DNA from: Squalus acanthias
Lineage: Eukaryota
NCBI GenBank assembly: GCA_030390025.1
Contig: CM059432.1
Location: forward strand, 14,076,001 to 14,140,000
Direction: 5' to 3'
DNA: 64,000 nucleotides
Position 1 is the first letter of the stretch. Each line of letters starts with the position of its first letter. Shown one piece after another: positions 1 through 11,401 of the stretch. Position numbers and translations under genes: made by a program. The notes beneath the pieces were generated by a model. It was not told the DNA's origin. It worked only from the letters and a program-made list of their open reading frames with translations, and ran no database searches.

Positions 1-115
1 GAAGATTGATTGGAGGCGGGTTGACAGTGGGTGTCCTGCCCGCTGTCAATCTTTGTGATTTTGCCGGATGTCCCGCCTCCAAACCCGCCCCCTGAGCGCC
101 GGCAAAATTCTGGCC
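1..115. mobile_element. Right end of a Harbinger-type MITE (cut by window start)
   Basis: GC-rich stretch ending aaaattctggcc followed by tta. The reverse complement ggccagaatttt resembles the GG..RRAATT/ATTTT termini of other Harbinger ends in the window. Confidence 0.45.
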
Positions 116-118
116 TTA

Positions 119-1500
119 GAGTCATAGAGTCATTATGGCACAGAAGGAGGCCACTTGGCCCATCGAGTCCGTGCCGGCTCTCTGTAGAGCAATCCAGTCA
201 GTCCCACTCCCCCGTTCTATCCCCGTAGCCCTGCAAGTTTATTTCCCTCAAGTTCCTCTCCAATTTCCTTTTGAAATCATTGATCGTCCCCTCTTCCACC
301 ACCCTCGTCGGCAGCGAGTTCCAGGTCATTACCACTCGCTGCGTAAAAACGTTCTTCCTCACATCCCCCCTGTATCTCTTGCCCAAAACCTTAACTCTGT
401 CTCCCCTAGTCCTTGCTGCGTAAAAAAAGTTTTTTCTCCTGTCACCTTTAGTTCTTCTGCCAATCACCTTAAATCTGTGTCCTCTGGTTCTCGACCCTTC
501 TGCCAATGGGAACAGTTTCTCTTTATCTACTCTGTCTAGACCCCTCATGATATTGAACACCTCTATCAAATCTCCTCTCAACTGCCTCTGCTCTAAGGAG
601 AACAACTCCAGCTTCTCCAGTCTATCCATGTAATTGAAGTCCCTCATCCCTGGAACCATTCTTGTAAATCTTTTCTGCACCCTCTCTAAGGCCTTCACAT
701 CCTTCCTAAAGTGCACAGAATTGGACACAATACTCCAGTTGAGGCTGATCCAGTGTTTTATAAAGGTTCATCATACCTTCCTTGCTTTTGTACTCCGCCT
801 CTATTTCTGAAGCCCAGGATCCCGTATCCTTTTTTAACCGCTTTCTAAACCTGCCCTGCCACCTTCAACAATTTGTGCACATATACCCCCAGGTCTCTCT
901 GTTCATGCACCCCCTTTAGAATTGTAACCTTTGGTTTATATTGCCTCTCCTCGTTCTTCCTACCAAAATGTATCACTTTGCACTTTTCTGCGTTAAATTT
1001 CATCTGCAACGTGTCCGCCTATTCCACCAGCCTGTCTATGTCCTCTTGAAGTCTATCACGCTCCTCCTCACTGTTCACTATACTTCCAAGATTTGTGTCA
1101 TCTGCAAATTTTGAAATTGTGCCCTGTACACCCAAGTCCAAGTCATTAATATATGTCAAGAAAAGCAGTGGTCCTATTACCGACCCCTGGGGAACACCAC
1201 TGTATACCTTCCTCCAGTCCGAAAAACAACCGCTCACCACTACTCTCTGTTTCCTGTCACTTAGCCAATTTCGTATCCATGCTGCCACTGTCCCTTTTAT
1301 TCCATGGGCTTCAACTTTGCTGGCAAGCCTATTATGTGGCACTTTATCAAACGCCTTTTGGAAGTCCATGTACCACGTCACCGCATTGTCCTCATCAACC
1401 CTCTCTGTTACCTCATCAAAAAAACGCGATCAAGTTAGTTAAACACGATTTGCCTTTAACAAATCTGTGCTGGCTTTCCTTAATTAATCCACACTTATCC
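119..1500 (-). mobile_element. CR1 LINE 3' fragment (RT C-terminal half and 3' UTR), chimeric near 415
   Basis: ORFs 1019-1381 (DFQKAFDKVPH, GVPQGS, KFADD) and 198-728 (ERVQKRFTRM, RTRGH). Tail (TGACTCTA)n at about 119-135. Confidence 0.93.
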
Positions 1501-3173
1501 AGAAGATACTGGAAACACAGGTCAGACAGCATTTGAAGAGGAAAGATGGGTTAATGATGGGCCTGCTGTGCATTTCTAACATTACCTGATTTTTATTTTA
1601 CGTAGGATATACGGCACAGAAACAGGCCATTCGGCCCAACCAGTCCATTTTGATTTGTAGCATTGACCTGTCTTTAGTTTTATCCCATGTAGTGTGATCT
1701 CCTACTAAATGATAATCGCTACAATTAATTTCAAATAACATTAAAAAAAAGTATGAAATGACTGGCTACAAGGTCATTGCATGTGTTGAAATATACATTT
1801 CGTTCAATTCTCAACATATTTTAATATAAAATCTCTACAAAGCGCACTGAGAAATGTACGGACCACAAAGGCTGAATGAACGTGGTTTACATCCCCTCCT
1901 GTAATAAGCATTTTGTTCCTTTAATGGATCAGCCATTGGGGAAGCCAGTGCTGGCTCCTGCCTTTGGGAATACTGTATTTTATTCTGAGCTCCACCTGGC
2001 TCCTGATCTGAGCGGGCTTGGCTGCATTAGCCAGGATCATTGATTTTGTTAAAACTGGTTTGTCAATTCCACACTGTTACTCTTTGTTTTTCGCTGCCCT
2101 CAAGGCACAGCAGATCATTAGAGACGATTGCTGCTGAAACTTTATTACAGCTAATGTCCCCATTAATCTATTTTCCCTTCTCTTGTTACCTGAGGTGACT
2201 GCTGACCAAGAGAGAAATCAGGAAACTGGGATGTATATAAAAAAAAACAAGAGGGAGAGAAAGCAACCGCCTCGTCTGCCGTGCAGACACGTTGCCATAA
2301 CAACTTCAGTGAACTGACCGGCAGGAGGCCGGATCATCTGCAAGTCTGCCTGGCTGTTGTAGTGGATAATGCAAGGGGTCATGTCGATATTTTCTTTCCC
2401 TTTATTTGCACGCAGCAGAGACTCTCATTCGCATACAGCTGGTGTGTTGCTCCAACTCTCCTTCCCAAGGATGATTGATATGATAATGAATTCTGAGCAG
2501 ACTTCACACAGCACCACGTCAAGCGGAAATTCACTAGCACGTCCTTCTTTATCAAGCCCTCCAGCATGCCTGAATTTATTTACCAATATCATGCATTCGA
2601 ACCAATTTTTATTCCCACATACTGTAAAAAAAAACTTGGCGCTAATTTATTCATAGATAAGCTCTCAAGCTCCCTCTTGACTAGTGTTGCGTCTATGTAC
2701 TATGCAAGGGGAACTTTTTAGCCCTGTTGGAAGAGTCAAGCGTGGGGTGGGCGGGGGGATCCTACTGCCTCGATCGAGTGCTGGCAGCTCGCCGATCCCA
2801 TTCAAACGAGGTCCAACCATAACAGTGGTTCGGGCTCTCGCTAGTGCCATGGGATAGGTGGTGTGATTGTCTGCCCAACCCCTGCTCGGTGTCCCGCTCT
2901 TTAGGAAAATCGGCCATTGTTGGCACGGTCTTGTGTTACATTTAACATTTTTTAGTTTTTAATTTATTACAATTGAATTAAATGTTAATTGAAATGATTA
3001 CTTTTTTTATGGGAGATTTAGTAAGTGATCAAGATGAGGCATTTTGGCATCAGTGTCAGCCTCAAATACTCCGCCATAAAATATAACGGGGCTAGTTACT
3101 GGGTAAAGCTCCATTCTGGCCAGAATTTCCTCGGTGCTCCTCCTGCTCTGGAACATAGGAACAGGAGTGGGCC

Positions 3174-5649
3174 CGCTTTCAGAATTCCCGTTCCACCTGG
3201 ACCCCTCCCTCTGGCCTCTTACCCTCTCTAGATCTTTTCATTGCTAACTGCCGGCGTGACATCGGCCGTCTCAATTTCTCTGCTCCCCTCTCTCACTCCA
3301 ACCTACCTCCCTCTGAACTTGCAGCACTCTATTCCTTCAGATCCAACCCTGACATTGTCATTAAACCTGCTGACAAGGGTGGTGCTGTTGCTGTTTGGCG
3401 TACTGACCTCTACCTAGCAGAAGCTGAACGCCAACTCTCCGATACCTTCTCCTATCTCCACCTGGACCATGACCCCACTACCGAACATCAAACCACCATT
3501 TCCAAGACCGTCACTGACCTCATCTCCTCTGGAGATCTTCCCCCCACGGCTGCCAACCTCATAGTTCCCCAACCCCGCACAGCCCGCTTCTACCTCCTTC
3601 CCAAGATCCACAAACAGGACTGCCCCGGTAGACCCATCATTTCAGCCTGTTCTTGCTCCACGGAACTTATCTCTTCCTATCTCGACTCTATTTTTTCTCC
3701 CCTTGTCCAGTCTCTTCCCACCTACATCCGCGACTCTTCCGATGCCCTCTGCCACTTTAACAGTTTCCAGTTTCCCGGCCCCAACCGCCTCCTTTTCACT
3801 ACGGACGTACAATCCCTCTACACCTCCATTCCCCACCAGGATGGCCTGAGGGCGCTCCGCTTCTTCCTTGAACAGAGGCCCAACCAGTCCCCATCCACCA
3901 CCACCCTCCTCCGCCTGGCTGAACTTGTTCTCACATTGAACAACTTCTCCTTTGACTCCACCCATTTCTTCCAAATTAAAGGTGTTGCTATGGGTACCCG
4001 CATAGGTCCTAGCTATGCCTGCCTTTTCATGGGATATGTGGAACACTCTTTGTTCCAGTCCTACTCGGGTCCCCTCCCTCACCTCTTTTTCCGGTACATT
4101 GATGACTGTATCGGTGCCGTCTCCTGCTCTTGCCCTGAACTAGAACATTTCATTCACTATGCTTCCAATTTCCACCCTTCCCTCACCTTCACATGGTTCA
4201 TCTCCGACTCTTCCCTTCCCTTCCTCGACTTCTCCGTCTCCATCTCTGAGGATAGGTTATTGACTAACATTCACTACAAGCCCACTGACTCCCACAGCTA
4301 CCTGGACTACACTTACTCCCACCCTGCCTCCTGTAAGGACTCTATTCCATTCTCCCAGTTTCTCCATCTCCGCTGCATAGAAACATAGAAACATAGAAAC
4401 TAGGAGCAGGAGTAGGCCATTCGGCCCGTCGAGCCTGCTCCACCATTCAATACGATCATGGCTGATCATCCAAATCCAGTACCCTGTCCCCTGTCCCTGC
4501 TCCCTCACACAGAATCCCCACAGTACAGATAGAGGCCATCTCGGCCCATCGAGCCTGCACCGACACATATCCCACCCTATCCCCGTAACCCCACGTATTT
4601 AATTCCCCCTAACATATCCCATCCTATCCCCGTAACCCCACATATTTAATCCCCCCCTAACACTAAGGGTCAATTTATCATAGCCAAATCAACCTAACCC
4701 GCACATTTTTGGACTGTGGGAGGAAACCGGAGCACCCGGAGGAAACCCACGCAGACACGGGGAGAATGTGCAAACTCCACACAGACAGTCACCCGAGGCC
4801 AGATTCGAACCCGGGTCCCTGGCGCTGTGAGGCACCAGTGCTAACCACTATGCCACCGTTGTCTGCTCTGACGATGCCACCTTCCATACCAGTGCTTCCG
4901 ACATGTCTTCCTTTTTCCTTAACCGAGGATTCCCCTCTACTGTGGTCGACACGGCCCTCGACCATGTCCGTTCTATCTCCCGCACTTCTGCCCTCACCCC
5001 TGCCCCTCCCTCCCGGAACCACGATAGGGTTCCCCTTGTCCTCACCTTTCACCCCACCAGCCTCCATATTCAATGGATCATCCTCCACCATTTCCGCCAC
5101 CTCCAGCGTGATCCCACCACCAAACGCATCTTCCCCTCACCTCCCCTTTCAGCATTCCGCAGGGACCGCTCCCTCCGCGACACCCTAGTCCACTCCTCTA
5201 CCACCCCCAGCACCCCTTCCCCTTCGCCCGGCACCTTCCCGTGCAAGCGTAGGAGATGCAACACATGCCCTTATACCTCCCCTCTTCCCACTGTCCAGGG
5301 CCCCAAACACCCCTTCCAGGTGAAACAGCGATTTACTTGTACTTCCTGCAATTTAGTGTACTGTATTCGCTGCTCACGATGTGGTCTCCTCTACATTGGG
5401 GAGACCAAACGCAGATTGGGTGACCGCTTTGCGGAACACCTCCGTTCAGTCCGTAAGGGGGACCCCGAGCTTCTGGTGGCCTGTCACTTTAATTCTCCGC
5501 TCCACTCCCACTCTGACCTCACCGTCCTCGGCCTATTAAACTGTTCCACGGAAGCTCAGCGTAAGCTCGAGGAACAGCACCTCATCTTTCGTTTAGGCAC
5601 GCTACAGCCCTGTGGACTCAATATCGAGTTCAACAATTTTAGATCATAA
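3174..5649 (+). pseudogene. Penelope RT-GIY-YIG ORF interrupted by a SINE (3174-4378 + 4863-5649)
   Basis: Removing 4379-4862 rejoins CGC TGC AT|C TGC TCT GAC in frame. Hand translation gives about 663 codons with no internal stop; the N-terminus is missing. Confidence 0.88.
4377..4862 (-). mobile_element. HE1-like tRNA-derived V-SINE, near full length, two-tail variant
   Basis: A/B boxes (ggtggcatagtggttagc, gggttcgaatc), V-domain gtgtggagtttgcacattctccccgtgtctgcgtgggtttcc, CR1-type tail (TTTCTATG)n. Confidence 0.9.
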
Positions 5650-5925
5650 CCTCAGCCCCTATCACAATTATATTTTATTTTTCATCCACCCTTTTGTTTG
5701 GCCCCCCCCTTTTTTTTCCTCCTAGAAGCTGGCAGCTGTCCTTCATTCTGCCAGTGCATTTCACACTTCATTTAGCCTCAACCTGTCACATTAACACCAC
5801 CTCTTCCCGTGATTATTTCTTAATGTCTCTCAATGTCTCTTAATCTCTCCTTTTGTTCTTTCATCCCCTCCCCCTTTTCCCAGCTTTATCCTTGCTTTTA
5901 ATCTATTTCATTTCCTGCTTTATCC

Positions 5926-5962
5926 AGTTCTGACGAAGGGTCTTCGACCTGAAACGTTAACT
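5926..5962 (+). ncRNA. Minimal type I hammerhead ribozyme motif in Penelope 3' repeat
   Basis: agtt-CTGACGA-a-gggtc ttc gacct-GAAA-cgtt-aact: conserved core, 5-bp helix II, helix I agtt/aact, palindromic AACGTT helix III. Confidence 0.75.
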
Positions 5963-6407
5963 CTGCTTCTCTCTCCACGGATGCTGCCTGGCCTGCTGAG
6001 TTTTTCCAGCGTTTTCTGTTGTTATTTTGGATTTCCAGCATCCGCAGTATTTTGCTATCGGAACAGGAGTGGGCCATTCAGCCCCTCGAGCCTGTTCCGC
6101 CTATCCATTAGATCATGGCTGATCTGTATCTTAACTCCATCTACCCGCCTTGGTTCCATAACCGTTAGGTTTCAATGTCAGTTTTGACATTTTCAATTGA
6201 CCTAGCCTCGACAGCTGTTTGGGGGACAGAGTTCCAGATTTCCACAACCCTTTTCAGTGAAGAAATGTTCCCTGACATCACCCCTGAACGGCCTCGCTCT
6301 AACTTTAAGGTTATGCCCCCTTGTTCTGGACTCTCCCACCAGAGGAAATAGTTTCTCTCTATCTACCATATCAAATCCTTTAATCATCTGAAACACCTCA
6401 ATTATAT

Positions 6408-6726
6408 AAAGAAAGACTTGCATTTATATAGCGCCTTTCACGACCACCGGACATCCCAAAGTGCTTTACAGCCAATGGAGTACTTTTTGAAGTGTGGTCT
6501 AACGTAAGAAAACTACTAGGCACTTGGTCTAAGCGTTAAACAAAGCTTTAATCAACTGTTTTCCAACATGGAGATCTAGTTGTGTCCTTCACTAATTCCT
6601 GTTGAGGAATGTCCTAGGCACGCTGGGCCCATGCCCGAGTATTTATACTCTCCCTGGACAGCGCCACCAGCAGACCGCCCAGTATTACTTCATACAAGAT
6701 TCATGTCATGGTCACTGTTGTAATGT
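6408..6726 (-). mobile_element. Deu-SINE 3' tail split by a solo LTR
   Basis: aaagaaagacttgcatttatatagcgcctttcacgacc matches the reverse complement of the 57170-57642 SINE tail and resumes at 6709 (tggtcactgttgtaatgt). Confidence 0.75.
6500..6708 (-). mobile_element. Solo LTR (family shared with 52438-52664), 5-bp TSD tggtc
   Basis: Ends taacgt...atgtca (the other copy has tgacgt...atgtca). TSD at 6495-6499 and 6709-6713. TATAAATA and ATTAAA lie on the minus strand. Confidence 0.8.
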
Positions 6727-6985
6727 TCTATACTCAAGTGTAAGCCTAGTCTATGCAACCTGCCCTCACAATTTAACCCTTTTAGCCCCGATATCATTCT
6801 TCACTGCACTCCCTCTAACTCCAATATACCCTTGCTGAGGTGTGGTGCCCAGAACTGAACACAGTATTGGGGTCTGACCAGAGCTTTATACAACTGTAAT
6901 GTAACTACTACCCCATTGTATTCCGGCTCCCTTGAAATAAAGGCCAACATTCCATTCGCCTTTTAAATTATTTTTCGTACTCTGC
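6727..6985 (-). mobile_element. Diverged CR1 internal fragment
   Basis: gtgtggtgcccagaactgaacacagtatt and aaggccaacattccattcgcc correspond to the QFWAPH and ANGMLAFI regions. Confidence 0.7.
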
Positions 6986-7671
6986 CGCCGTTACTTCGCC
7001 AGGAGTGTGGTGGGGACGAGTGATATCTTTAACCACAGTTTTAAGAGTAGCTTACTCTACAAAGATGATTGCACTGCCGTCGTGGGAGGACCATGTTACA
7101 CAGAAACGAGTGGCGTACAGAGTGAAGCATGATCTTTGATTTGCTTGGACCATTTGTACTGAGGCATGAAGTGGACTTAACTAAGAGGCAGGTTACATTT
7201 TTTAACAAATTTATCTTCCCATGTTTTACAACAGCGGATCTATCTAGACACCAGTTTGATTTTCGAACTATCAGATTGATACCAGATTCTTTATAGAGAC
7301 GCACAGAGTGTTTACAGGGAATTCTGTGGAATCAGTGACTGTATATTAAATGCCTTTTCCGTGCATCTGATGGCACTCGTCGAATATAAAGTTGGAAAGG
7401 CAACTGAACTGAATTTTGAATGTGAAGTGATCTGATTTGAACCTTTTTGGGTTAATTCATGGACATTCAAACTTAGCTTAATTTAAGTCTTTACATTAAG
7501 TTGTGTCAATCTCTTTTAAAGGGGTAGTGTGGAACAGAAACCCATTTGTGTCTGCATATGGTAATGTATCTGTGTCCTGGGTATTTATTTGCTGATTTCC
7601 TGTATGTGATAGTCAGGCACCTGCCATCTGTAGTTGGAGCACAGGAACAAATAGCCAGTTATTAGACGTGT

Positions 7672-8055
7672 ATGGTAGTGTCGTAGCTATGTTGCTGGAC
7701 TAGTAATCCAGAGGCCTGGGCAAATAATCCTGAGAACATGAGTTCAAATCCCAGCATGGCATTTTGAGAATTTGAATTCAGTTTAAAAATAAATAATAAT
7801 TAAAAAAACCTGGAAATAAAAAGTAAAAGTGACCATTAAGCTGTCGGAATGTCGTAAACACCCAGCTTGATCACCACTGTCCTTAAGGGAAGGAAATCTG
7901 TTGCCCTTACCCAGTCTGGCCTCCAGTCGCACAACAATGTGAGTGATTCTTAACTGCCTTCTGAAATGGCCTTGCAAGCCACTCCGCTGTACATGGACAC
8001 TAGGGATGTGCAATAAATGACGACCTTTCCAGTGATGCCCACATTCAGAGAATTA
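7672..8055 (+). mobile_element. tRNA-derived SINE (third family) with tail shared with the MEYSPLAW LINE
   Basis: B-box-like gagttcaaatccc. The 3' end ctagggatgtgcaataaatg...gcccacat matches the 3' UTR at 36670-36720. Confidence 0.65.
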
Positions 8056-8420
8056 ATTTTTTCTTTATCAAAGGGGGTTGGGCACCGGATCCATTCAATG
8101 GAAAAAAAATATTGGGCAGGGTGTAAAACAGGCTGCCGATTCGCTATCATCCGATTTGAATTGCTACCCAAGATCGAGTTCACCCTGCACACTCTAAATG
8201 TAGTAAAACATTCAGGTCTATTAGTACCTCTTCTACCGCATGACAACAGAGCACAGTTGTAACTTCTGTTAATCAGATTGAACCATCCACTAGAATGTCC
8301 AATTAAACGACATTCATACAAAGACCTGGAAATGGGTTAATTTATGTCCCTGCAGGTTAGAAATGTGCTTCAAAATGGGTCACCATTAAGTTCCATAGAA
8401 ACAATCCCAGTAAGCAGCTA

Positions 8421-8579
8421 CGATAGCAAAATACTGCGGATGCTGGAAATCTGAAATAACTGATTTCCGGCTCTTCACAGTTCTGACGAAAGGTCATCGA
8501 CCTGAAACGTTAACTCTCTTTCTCTCTCCACGGATGCTGCCTGGCCTGCTGAGTTTTTCCAGCGTTTTCTGTTGTTATT
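8421..8579. mobile_element. Short Penelope 3'-repeat insertion with internal inversion and 14-bp TSD
   Basis: ccagtaagcagcta duplicated at 8407-8420 and 8580-8593. 8421-8460 is the terminal part on the minus strand; about 8478-8579 is the adjacent upstream part on the plus strand (compare 5926-6060). Confidence 0.85.
8479..8515 (+). ncRNA. Minimal hammerhead ribozyme motif (Penelope)
   Basis: agtt CTGACGA a aggtc atc gacct GAAA cgtt aact, with a perfect 5-bp helix II. Confidence 0.75.
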
Positions 8580-8954
8580 CCAGTAAGCAGCTATTGTGCC
8601 ATTTAATAACAGTGTCATCCTGGATAATGTCCATACAGGGTAAAACATAACTCTGCTGTAGTTACTGAAAGATAGTTTACACTGGTCATGAGCAATTACA
8701 GTAAATATGCCTACAATCAATTGAATTATGTTCTTAAAGTAGTGGTACTACACATTCATGGTAACACAGAGTAAAAACAAACGTTATTGGATTTTAAAAA
8801 TGGATTTAGTATTTTAAGGTTTTAGCCTTGCTGGAGCACAATCAAAGAAACTAAAGTAAAAGCAGAAAATGTTGGAAATGCACGGTAGATTGGCCAGCAT
8901 CTGAAAGAGAAAAGCCGATTCATATTTTTGAGTGAGGCTCTCGTGGAAGATAAA

Positions 8955-9130
8955 GGGGGTAATTTTCTCTCTCATTGCCTGTACAGCACACTGCTGGAGC
9001 TGACTGCCCACCCATTAGAACCCGCCCGATTTTCATTCCATCCAAAAGCAATGGGATGAAAATCGGGCGGGTTCAATAATGGAGAGGCTGCCAGATCACC
9101 ACCCAGGCGGTGACGGTGAAAATATACCCC
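8955..9130. mobile_element. Small palindromic Harbinger-type MITE
   Basis: Ends gggggtaattttc / gaaaatatacccc with aaa on both flanks. Internal hairpin aacccgcccgattttcattccat...atgggatgaaaatcgggcgggtt. Confidence 0.6.
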
Positions 9131-10180
9131 AAAGTGATAGAACAGATTGAAGCACGCAACTTTTAAATTCAAATGTACCGAGTATTGTGTTTCGCCGTTT
9201 GGAGGAGAAGGGATGACAGTGAATAGAAGTGCCAGGTTGTGAGCAACTATTTAAACTTTTATTCATACCACACATGCCTTAATATGGAAACTGTTCTCAC
9301 CGCAGTCATATATGGTTTACACTTCACATCTAAACACCCATACTACTAATAGTAACAACCTTAGATGTATTAACACACAGCCATTGGCCAAAAATGAATA
9401 TTTTGATAAATTGACAGAAAGATTCAATCTATACAACAACAACTTGTATTTATATAGCGCCTTTAACGTAGTAAAATGTTCCAAGGCGCCTCACAGGAGT
9501 GTTATAAGACAAAAAAAAAAATAGAGAGATAAAAATAGAGAGAAAAATAGAAATAAATATATATAGAGAGTCTGGAGTTCAAGTGATCTGGAAATATGGT
9601 GGTTTACACAGATCTGCCATTAAAGCCGTTATGGCCTGCAATCAAAAGATATAAATTAAATGACGGCCGCCCTTACATCACAGTATTGACATTATTCAGG
9701 ATTACTGGGCAAGGTGGGTGTCTACACTTCAGTTAGTCCAGCCTGAATTACATTGTAGTCAATGGGTTGCTACATGTTTGAACAAGAAACCCTCATTACT
9801 TTCTCCCCCTCAGAATTTGGTGCTCAGCCAGCTGAGGAATGTTAGCATTGGGGAATGGAAATCTTCTCATTTCAGGCATTCAATGTCAGCATCAAACACT
9901 CCCCAGCAAAACTGAGGTCAATGGGGGGGGGGGGGGGGTGAGTCAGAGGGAAAACCTTCCAGTGGCTGGAGTAGTGCCGAAAACGAAGGAAAGTGGTTGC
10001 GCTCTTTGGAGGCCAGTCACCAGGTCATCACTGCAAGAGTTCCTCAGGGAAATGTCCTCAGCCCAACCATCTTTTAGCTGGTTCATTAATGACCTTTCCT
10101 CCTTCATAAGGTCAGGATTGGATTTGTTCGCTGACAATTCCATTGGGTGCAGTTCCAGTCACAATTCCTCTGACATTGGA

Positions 10181-10496
10181 GGGTTAGGTTGATTTGGCTA
10201 TGATAAATTGACCCTTAGTGTTAGGGGGGGATTAAATATGTGGGGTTACGGGGATAGGATGGGATATGTTAGGGGAATTAAATACGTGGGGTTACGGGGA
10301 TAGGGTGGGATATGTGTCGGTGCAGGCTCGATGGGCTGAGATGGCCTCTATCTGTACTGTGGGGATTCTGTGTGAGAGGGCAGGGACAGGGTGCTGGATT
10401 TGGATGATCAGCCATGATCGTATTGAATGGTGGAGCAGGCTCGACGGGCCGAATGGCCTACTCCTGCTCCTAGTTTCTATGTTTCTATGTTTCTAT
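10181..10496 (+). mobile_element. HE1-like SINE 3' half (headless), two-tail variant
   Basis: Near-identical to the reverse complement of 4377-4700. Starts at gggttaggttgatttggc. Confidence 0.88.
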
Positions 10497-11401
10497 TGAA
10501 GCAGCAAATTCTAGCCTACAGTAGCCTTGGTATGACCGCATCAAGCTCTATTGGGTCTTGCTCTCCTCTGGCAAAAAGGACCACTACCCTTGGATCATCC
10601 TCAAGGGCAAAGGTAACCCAAGTTCCTTTTCTCTACTGCCAACCACCTCTTTAACTGCCTCTCCCTTGCCCCCTCCACCCTCACCTCTAACAAATACAAT
10701 GAGCTCATAAATGTCTTCGTCTCCAAAGAAGAGACCATCCAGTTAGCTACCTCTGCTGCTTTCCCTTCCCTTTAAGTCAAGCTCCCCCCCCACCACCCGC
10801 CCACCACTCCCAGTCCTGTCCCCATCCTAGCCTTACTACCTCGTCTCCCTCTCTCCAGTTTGTCCCATGGCCACCCCGTCCACCGACCCCGCTCTCTTCA
10901 AGCTCAACTCATATTTGACAACTACCTTTGGCTCCCTCAATCCCATTCCCACTAAACTGGGAAACCCAACTCTTCTTCTCGGTCCCTGTTTTAGACAATA
11001 TTGTAAATGGTTACATCTGTTCAGGTACTACTTAGCCCCAGCCGCCGCCCCGCCCTCCTTTCAAAACTGTTGCCATCACACCCTCGCGCCTCTGTCCTCG
11101 CTAACTATCATTCCATCCCATTCCCAATTTCCTTTCCTCTCAAAGGTCTTTGAATGTATTGTTGCTACCCAGATCTGTACCCATCTCTGCTTGAATCCCT
11201 ACAATCAGGTTTCTGCCTCTCCAACAGCATCAAAATCACTCTAACCAAAGTTAAGAATGGCATTCTGTGTCAGTGATGATGGTGCATTATCCCCTCATCC
11301 TCCTTGACCTCTTTGCAGCCTTCGACACAGACGATCACGCCATCCTCCTCCAATACCTCGCCTCACTTGTTTCCACTCTTACCTATTCAATCATAGCCAG
11401 A

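Larger units (their letters stand above)
3174..6060 (+). mobile_element. Penelope-like retroelement (probably Neptune-type), 5'-truncated, 15-16 bp TSD
   Basis: Frame open from 3174 with PADKG, FYLLPKIHK, GRPII, DVQSLYTSIP, GVAMG, RYIDD, Cys linker CKRRRCNTC and GIY-YIG-type VYCIRCSRCGLLYIGET. Duplicated (g)gaacaggagtgggcc at 3158-3173 and 6060-6075. Confidence 0.93.
3150..6402 (-). mobile_element. CR1 3' end split by the Penelope insertion (pieces about 3150-3173 and 6061-6402)
   Basis: gaacataggaacaggagtgggcc continues after the Penelope as gaacaggagtgggccattcagccc. ORF 6202-6423 reads FPLVGESRTRGHNL. Confidence 0.85.

Noticed and set aside
7041..7304. 87-aa minus-strand ORF / possible exon
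   Set aside because: No recognisable product in the frames I checked; splice signals alone are insufficient.
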